From assembly GCF_006345805.1 (NCBI RefSeq), contig NC_043002.1:70618001-70682000 (forward strand): a DNA stretch of 64,000 bases, read 5' to 3'. The DNA is from Octopus sinensis (Eukaryota). Of this stretch, positions 56,317-64,000 are shown in pieces. The notes below the pieces were generated by a model. The model searched no databases. It saw only the letters and a list, made by a program, of their open reading frames with translations, and was not told where the DNA came from. Numbering within the stretch: the first letter of the stretch is position 1; each line of letters begins with the position of its first letter. Both the position numbers and the translations under genes were made by a program.

Positions 56317-58184
56317 GTATGCATGTATGTATGTATATGTGTATATATATGTATATATATATATGCGTTTGTAGGTATATATATATATATATGTATATAT
56401 AGGGGTATATCTATATATCTATATGTGTATGTATGTGTATCTGTATTTATATATATATGTGTGTATGAGAGGAGTACATATGTATGGATATATAAGTATG
56501 TGTATATGTATATGTATATATATGTGTGTGTGTATATGTATATGTATGTGCGTATGTATGTATATACGTATGTGTGTATATGTGCACGTGTGTGTATATG
56601 TGTGTATTAAGATATACGTGTGTGGGTATAGATATCTATATCTGTAATATCCTTGGTAGTATATGTATATATTTACTTGGGTTTAACTGTAGATACGCAT
56701 GGGGATATGTGTGTAATTCCATATTGATGCAGAGGTCAGTTGAGGAAAAAGTGCTATGACCCAGGTTTGTGGTTTGGTGCCAGATGGACTGGCGAAAGAA
56801 GTTATTTGGCTTTGTCCTGTAATCTGTAGGGAAAATTAATGAGTCAGGAAGTGACATTTTGGTCCCTACGGTCCAGGAAAGTTTAGGAAAGAAATGAAAA
56901 TGCTACCCTATATAAATGCGGCTGGCATTGGGGTTAGCGGTCAGTTTGGCGTGAGAGTTGATGCAGAGTCGGTTGCGATGGCGAGAAAGACAGACAGAAG
57001 GGATTGAGGACTTGTCAAGCGAGAGGCAACGATAAGGATGACAAGCGTGGTCTGGAGAAAGACAGACAGTGAATGTGAGAGATGACAAGCGAGAGATATT
57101 TTGAACTCGGTCTGATATAGTGGGAGTTTTTGTGATGATTCAAGGAGTGTTGCAGACGAGAAAACGTACGGTAATGTTGTTTATGTTTTCGTTGTTGAAT
57201 TTTGGATGTTGATGTGAAATGTAAAAGAAAAGAAAAAAGAACTTGTGAGTTGTGTAAAAACAGAAAGACTGAAAAAAAGGAAAAAGAACATTGTGTCAGA
57301 AAAAAAGAACTGTGGAAAAGAAAGAAAAAGAAGGGAAAAGAACATTGTGATATAAACTGTAATCTATTGAAAAAAGGATTATTGAAGAGAAGAGAAAGAA
57401 TTTAATGTGAACTGTTTTCGAACTCTATATTGTGTTGAACATTTGTTTGAATTGTTTTCGGACGTTGTGTTATGTTTAAATGCATGGATTATTGTTTTTC
57501 TTTTTAACCCTGTACAATTTGTTGAATGTTTTTCTTTGAATGTATCTGATATGTATCACGTTTTATTTGATGTTGTAACAATTATAAAAAATGTTGTTAA
57601 ATGTAAGCAACTGCCTTCCGCTGTCTCTCTCTTTCTGTTGTTGTTGTTGTCTCTGGTTTCTGGCTTGCGTTCGCTTTCCACACCCGTTTTCTGTGGTGGA
57701 TTTCCGTTTGACTGAGCGTTGTCGTCGTCATCGGTTGACTTAGGGTCTCGAGTTTGAGTTGAGCGACGGCAGGTTCGTAACAATATATTTAAGACTGTGT
57801 ATCTCATGCTGTGCTGTATGAGACATGCTTATATATATGCGCACAAATAAGTGTATAAACACATACACACATATACTATAAACTTAAAGCTAGTAACTTG
57901 TAGTGGCGGATTGGTGTAAACTGACCACTCACTACAACAATATCAAATTTCATCCCCACCCCCCGAAAATAAGAAGTGATTTATGACCCTTACCACCACA
58001 TCAAAACCTAAATCTTATTCTCAACTCTTTTAGCGCCTTATCTATTTATCTCAATTCTTCTGTTTAACGATTATTTTATATCTTTTTATATTTCTTTATA
58101 TTTTTCTATTTATTTTTTACATTTTTATATTTTTTGTTACTCTGTTTTGACTAACTTTTTATACTTATATGTGGTTCTAATCTT

Positions 58185-59211
58185 TACGGAGATGTACTTC
58201 CATAGCAAGTGATTTGATCTGAGATCGTGTGCTGAAACGATAACAATTGCAGCATGGAAGGTGTTTGTAAGCCATTTAAGAAATACACAAAAGCCGTTCG
58301 ATTCACTTCAACATTTAAGTTTAGTTTGTCAAAATATTTTCGTCGCTTTAAGACCGCGACCTGTTCACTGACAAAAATCCGTGCTGCATCTCTTATCAGT
58401 GAACAGGTCGCGGTCTTAAAGCGACGAAAATATTTTGACAAATTAAACTTAAATGTTGAAGTGAATCGAACGGCTTTTGTGTGTTTCTTAAATGGCTTAC
58501 AAACACCTTCCACGCTGGTTCTAACCTTATTATCCTTATATTTGAATTTTTTACTATTTCTTTACTATTTTTATTACCCTTATCTTTTACTTACTTGTTT
58601 CTCACTTTAACGTTTTCTCTCTCTATTTTCTCCTCTTCCTTCTTTTTCTCCCTTTTCTTTCTCTATTTCCTCTCTATTTTTCTCTCTATTCTTTCTATCT
58701 TTTTTCTCTCCATATTCTCTCTATTTTATTTTATTTTCTTCCTTTTTCTTTTTCTTTCTCTTTATTTCTATTTCCTTACAAGAAGAATGAACCCATTCAA
58801 ATCTATTTAACATTCACTTTATGTTGACTGGTGATACAGTATGAACAGATTTTCGAAATCCAATGATCCCCTACACACATATACAGTTACGAAATTTTAC
58901 AAATACCCCTTCTCAGGGAGATATGATATACCTATTGTAATGGGTAATACGACATGTACTTTTCATATTTTTTATAGTGTGATGTAAATCTTTGGAATAA
59001 CAATGCATGAGGCTTAAGATAGCTTTAAACTATCTTTTATATCTATTATACACTTATGTAAGAACAGGTCGTTTATAAAGCTTGAAACACGTGTACCGCG
59101 ACATCCTTTGTGTTCTGTTTTTGATTTTATTTGATTATTCTCACTCACCTCTGCCACTATTCTGGCGCATACAGGTGCTTACACTTGTCAACTATTCACC
59201 CTAAATTTGCA

Positions 59212-59280
<69 letters not shown>

Positions 59281-59613
59281 CATACATACATACATACATG
59301 CATACACAGGCGTATGCACGTACATGCATACGTACATACATACACACATGTATGCATACATACACACATACATACGTACATATATATGACGAACTAACTG
59401 TTACTTTCTCAGATGCAGCACGGATTTTTGTCAGTGAACAGGTCGCGGATTTAGCGACGAAAATATTTTGACAAATTAAACTTAAATGTTGAAGTGAATC
59501 GAACGGCTTTTGTGTGTTTCTTAAATGGCTTATAAACACCTTCCACGCTGTAATTGTTTTCGTTTCAGCACACGATCTCAGATCAAATTACTTGCTATGC
59601 GAGTACGTCTCCG

Positions 59614-59616
<3 letters not shown>
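58185..59616. mobile_element. Non-coding element with ~205 bp terminal inverted repeats, an internal fold-back copy and three G3-C8 hammerheads
   Basis: 58185-58390 is the reverse complement of about 59412-59616; 58250-58371 pairs with 58396-58517. Confidence 0.8.
59427..59475 (+). ncRNA. Minimal type I hammerhead, G3-C8 core variant
   Basis: UUUGUCA-GUGAACA-G-GUCGC ggauuua GCGAC-GAAA-AUAUU-U-UGACAAA: 7 bp stem I, 5 bp stem II. Same motif at 58325-58375 (minus) and about 58393-58442 (plus). Confidence 0.65.
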
Positions 59617-59667
<51 letters not shown>

Positions 59668-59674
<7 letters not shown>

Positions 59675-60283
59675 ATTTCGGAATGGTCATTTTGCCAGTT
59701 TAGCCAATAAAAACACACGCACTATATATTTGGTGTTACTTTGCTTCAGTGTTATTTATCTTTTACATTAAACTTAATCTTATTTCAGCCAGAGTTCTTT
59801 CGTCACGCTCCTATGACCGCATCAGTGGTCCTTTGCTTTCTTCTTTCTTATTTGTGTCTCTCCTTACTAACCGTCAGCCATTTTGATAATGATAATAATA
59901 ATAATAATAAGTGGGTCTAAACACATGAACAAAATAAGAATAAACAAAAACAAATTACACGAACGTATATAAACAGAAGACACAAATATTACAGGCATGC
60001 CCCCACTGACTAAACGTAGACGCACATAGAGATATACGCATGCGCAAATGAAGACACATACAATAGAAACACAAAATAGCTGTAAGGAGAGACACACAAA
60101 TAAGAAAAAAAACAAAGCAAAGGACCACTGATGCAGTCACAGGAGTGTGACGAACGAACTCTGACCGGAATAAGATTAAGATTGATGTAAAAAATAAATA
60201 AAGCTGAAGCAAATTAACACCAATATATAGTGCATGTGTTTTTATTGGCTAAACTGGCAAAATGACCATTCTGAAATACAACA
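59668..60283. mobile_element. Non-coding element with ~170 bp inverted repeats, each carrying an HHR-like motif
   Basis: 59668-59839 is the reverse complement of about 60114-60283. Motif CCA-CUGAUGC-(G/A)GUCA...UGAC-GAA(A/C)GAACUC-UG. Confidence 0.7.
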
Positions 60284-60338
60284 ATATCTGTTTCAACACA
60301 CGATTTCACATGAAAAATCTTGCACAACAAATATATAT

Positions 60339-60457
<119 letters not shown>

Positions 60458-60516
60458 GCTCACACATACATGTGCTTATACATATAATTATGGATCTCAA
60501 TTTCATAATTTCTTAG

Positions 60517-60680
60517 GCGCAAATCATAGGTTACAAAAGCGGAACGGTCGTTGTGGATTTGAGATTTGATGTACGTAATTCAACCCTTCGTAACTGGTTT
60601 CAGTATGAGAGACTGCTAAACAAGCCATGGACTGATCTCAACGCAACCAGCTTTAATATGTTTTCAGCTCTAGGAAATGA
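60517..60680 (+). CDS. Host gene coding exon 3 (AQIIGYKSG...NWFQYERLLNKPWTDL...FNMFSALGN)
   Basis: Acceptor atttcttag, donor GA|gtaagc; phase 0 start, phase 2 end, no stops. Not in the ORF track; translated by hand. The NWF..RLL..PWTDL motif resembles a recurrent uncharacterised invertebrate domain. Confidence 0.85.
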
Positions 60681-61719
60681 GTAAGCTATTTTTCATTTTA
60701 TGATGTCTCGTTGTGTTCCCTTACACCCTGGAATCATCTTGCTTTTATCCATCTATAGGCAATAAATTGTATCCCGAGTAATTAATTTCCGGAGACCTGC
60801 TCAAAGATCCCTGTTATCATTATAATCAAAGATCCCTCTTATTATTATAATCAATTATTGCTTTCATTATTTTATCTCAGTCATAATCTCTCTCTTTTAA
60901 ACAAACATTATGGTAGTCCAACAACAGAGGGAGAAGCAATTTGTAAAGTTTCCCCTTCCTCTCAAAGAAACATAGAGATTACAATTCAGCAGCCCATCTC
61001 TAAGCCTTGCTGTGTATGTATGTATGAGAGGGGGGAAAGAGAACATTGCAAATAATGAATGAAATAAACATGAAATGAAAAAATCGTATAAATAAAAGGG
61101 CCTCCGATTTTGTTGTCTCATAACATCCAGAAAAATGAATACTTTTTAACAAAATTTTCTACAAATACCACTTAGATGTTGTGGCTTCAGAGTATATCGG
61201 AATTTATGGGAAAGAATTTTTCCGAGGAATTGGAGAGAGGAGTTTTGGAAAATTCACACGATCTGACATTTCCCCACTCATAACTTTCAGGAAATTGGAT
61301 GTCTTTTGATGAAAATTTATACAAATCCTTTTTCAACAGAATAGATTACGATTTTAAGGTAATTTGTGGGCAACATTTTTGTTAAAAACCACATCATCAT
61401 CATCATCGTCATCTTCGTCACCACCCTCATCATCGTCGTCATCATCATCATCATCATCAACATTGTTGGGAGTAGTTTGACAGAAGAATTCGACATGCAG
61501 GATTTCCACCATCTCTTAACCTAGTTTTAAATATGATACGATCAACGTCGCCCGTTATCGGATACGGGCTGATAGAATAAGGTGTCATTGAAACAGCTTA
61601 ATCGATATCTATCGATTTACCTTTACATTTTAATATTGGTGACCTTGTGCCTAAAATTACAAAATCGCTATTGTTGTTGTATTTGCTGTTGTCTTCTTCT
61701 TCTTCTTCTTCTTCTTCTT

Positions 61720-62195
61720 CCAATCAGGACTCACGCCATTTGCCACAAAGAATAATCTCTAATTCGAGCCTACCCTAAGCTACTAAGAATGTGTGTGGGC
61801 AACTTGAAGATCCACCCACCACAAACGATAGACTGGCGGTTGCACTGGCGCGAAAGCTACGTTGTTATCCTCATTCCGTAAACGGTGGCTTTTAACGGGT
61901 GGAGAGCTGAACCATCCTGGGGAACAGAGGATTCGCAATCAAGACTAGGGTCTGAAAGTTTACTACACCATAGCGGGTCACACCATGGTCCTCTGCTTTG
62001 TGACAGAAGTAGGAAGAAAGATTGAGAGAAAGTTGTGGTGAAAGAGTACAGCGGGGTTCACCACCCACCCCCGCCGGAGCCTCGTGGAGCTTAAGTGTTT
62101 TTGCTCAATAAACACTCATAATGCCAGGTCTGGGAATCGAAACCGCGTTCTTGCGACCGCGAGTCAGCTGCCCTAACGACTGGGCCATTGCACGT
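61720..62195 (-). mobile_element. Composite tRNA-headed SINE, inverted copy of 43590-44065
   Basis: Colinear reverse complement, including the triplet tail. Confidence 0.8.
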
Positions 62196-62295
62196 CCACT
62201 GCTGTTGTTGTTGTCTATCCACCGTTGTTATCGTCTGCACAGTCTCTAACCAGTGTCTCTGATATCAAATTCCGTACATTTTCTTTCTTAAACAG

Positions 62296-62459
62296 AGTCG
62301 ATCGTTCCTTCTCCATTGGATATTTTGGAGATAATTGTGATGAGGATCGTGGATGGTTCACTGTTATTGATCGTCCATTTAACTGTTCGTATGCCAATTT
62401 CTCACATTATCCTGCAATTCTTTATGCCAATTCAAAGACACAAACCTACTGGAACCAAG
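62296..62459 (+). CDS. Host gene coding exon 4 (EVDRSFSIGYFGDNCDEDRGWFTV...YPAILYANSKTQTYWNQ); gene continues past the window
   Basis: Acceptor ttttctttcttaaacag; GA+A = Glu restores the frame of ORF 62225-62473; donor CAAG|gtaagt. C..D.GW..V...C...P.ILY motif continues the exon 3 domain. Confidence 0.85.
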
Positions 62460-62742
62460 GTAAGTCTCTGTGAGTTCAAATTCCGCCGAGGTCGACTTTG
62501 CCTTTCATCCTTTCGGGGTCGATAAATTAAGTACCAGTTACGCACTGGGGTAGATGTAATCGACTTAATACCTATGTCTGTCCTTGTTTGTCGCCTCTAT
62601 GTTTAGCCCCTTGAGGGTAATAAAGAAATAGGTAAGTCCTTTGCCATCGTACATTTATATTTACTGTGTATTTGCATTCATTTCGATAGTAGTAATGGTG
62701 GCAGCAGCAGCCATAGCAGCAGCCGTAGTAGTAGTAATTGTT

Positions 62743-62799
<57 letters not shown>

Positions 62800-63057
62800 A
62801 AAACGCGTGGCTTAGTGGTTAGGGCATTCAGCTCACGATTGTAAAGTCGTGAGTTCGATTCCCGGCGACGCGTTTTGTCCTTGAGCAAGACACTTCATTT
62901 CACGTTGCTCCAGTCCACTCAGCTGGCAAAAATGACTTGTACCTGTATTTCAAAGGGCCGACCTTGTCACGCTGAATCTCCCTGTTCGTGTAGTGCTCAG
63001 TCACTTGCACGTTAATTTCACGAGCAGGCTGTTCCGTTGATCGGATCAAAAAGAACC

Positions 63058-63137
<80 letters not shown>

Positions 63138-64000
63138 GGTGGTGGTGGTGGTGTAGGTGGTGGTAGTAGAAGTAGTATTAGTAGTAGTATTAGTAGTAGT
63201 AGTGAAGGCGCATGTCTCAGTGGTTAGAGCGTCGAGCTTACGATCGCTAGGTTGTGAGTTTGGATCCCGGACCGGGTTGCGTGTTGTGTTTCTTGAGCAA
63301 GACACTTTATTTCACATTGCTCCAGTTCACTCAGCTATAGAAATGAGTTGCAACGTCACAGGTGCCAAGCTGCATCGGCCTCTTTGCCTTTCCCTTGGAT
63401 AACACTGGTGGCGTGTGGAGGGGGAGGCCGGTTTGCATGGGCGACTGCTGGTCTTCCATAAACAACCTTGTTCGGACTTGTGCCTGGGAGGGCAACTTTC
63501 TAGGTGCAATCCAATGGTCAGTCATGACCGAAGGGGGTCTGAACTCAAGTACTAGTAGAAGCAGCAGCAGCAGCAGTAGTAATAGTAGTAGTAGTAGGAG
63601 GAGGAGGAGGAGGAATGCTGTTGTTATGGGGTTATTTTGTTAGTATCGGTTGTAGACCCACCGCCATAGTAGAAGTCGCAATACAGCGAGAACGAAACCA
63701 GAACCCAACAAATGCAAACTGTGCGTCTTTATTCCACCAGCGCGTGAAAGCGCGTGGCTTAGTGGTTAGGGTACTCGGTTCACGATCGTAAGTTCATGAG
63801 TTCTATTCCGGGCGGTGGATTGCATCTTTGAGCAAGACATTTTATTTCACGTTACCCCAGTCCATTCAGCTGACAAAAATGAGTTGTTCCTTTATTTCAA
63901 AGGGCCAGTCTTGTCATATTCTGTGTTACGCCAAATCTCCCTGAGAACTAAGTTAAGGGTACACGTGTCTGTGGAGTACTCAGCCACTTGTGTGCTAATT
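62800..64000 (+). mobile_element. Cluster of tRNA-headed SINEs (about 62800-63060, 63205-63540, 63745-64000) separated by (GTA)n/(GTC)n repeats
   Basis: GCGTGGCTTAGTGGTTAGGG...GAGTTCGATTCC heads and TTGAGCAAGACAC core-like segments. Confidence 0.7.

Noticed and set aside
58184-58610. Near-identical ORFs on both strands (MEGVCKPFKK...)
   Set aside because: Artefact of the DNA palindrome; no protein motif.
59055-59105. AAGAACA...GAAACACGUGUA, hammerhead-like
   Set aside because: Core positions 3-4 and stem I do not fit; too degenerate to call.

Overview
AT-rich, repeat-dominated eukaryotic DNA. The tRNA-headed SINE families, very long (TA)n/(TAA)n microsatellites and LINE content point to an octopus (coleoid cephalopod) genome; this is an inference. 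One host gene can be reconstructed on the + strand from four phase-compatible GT-AG exons (44301-44657, 52908-53056, 60517-60680, 62296-62459; it continues past the window). It encodes a probably secreted protein with a PAN/Apple-like domain plus an uncharacterised Trp-rich domain. The rest is mobile DNA: a near full-length CR1/L2-group LINE whose ORF1 carries Myb/SANT-like and CCCH-like motifs, a near full-length Dong/R4 LINE in (TAA)n, Penelope GIY-YIG fragments, mariner, pogo, Merlin and Gypsy relics, non-autonomous Helitrons, MITEs and many SINEs. The most striking signal is about 18 hammerhead ribozyme (HHR) motifs, read by eye, in several distinct small non-coding elements that sit mostly in (TA)n tracts. 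Several elements are 360-601 bp monomers with terminal redundancy (retrozyme/circular-RNA-like) or inverted pseudo-LTRs. Their cores show three different Watson-Crick versions of the 3-8 tertiary pair: C3-G8, U3-A8 and the unusual G3-C8. Most ORFs in the supplied track are microsatellite artefacts.
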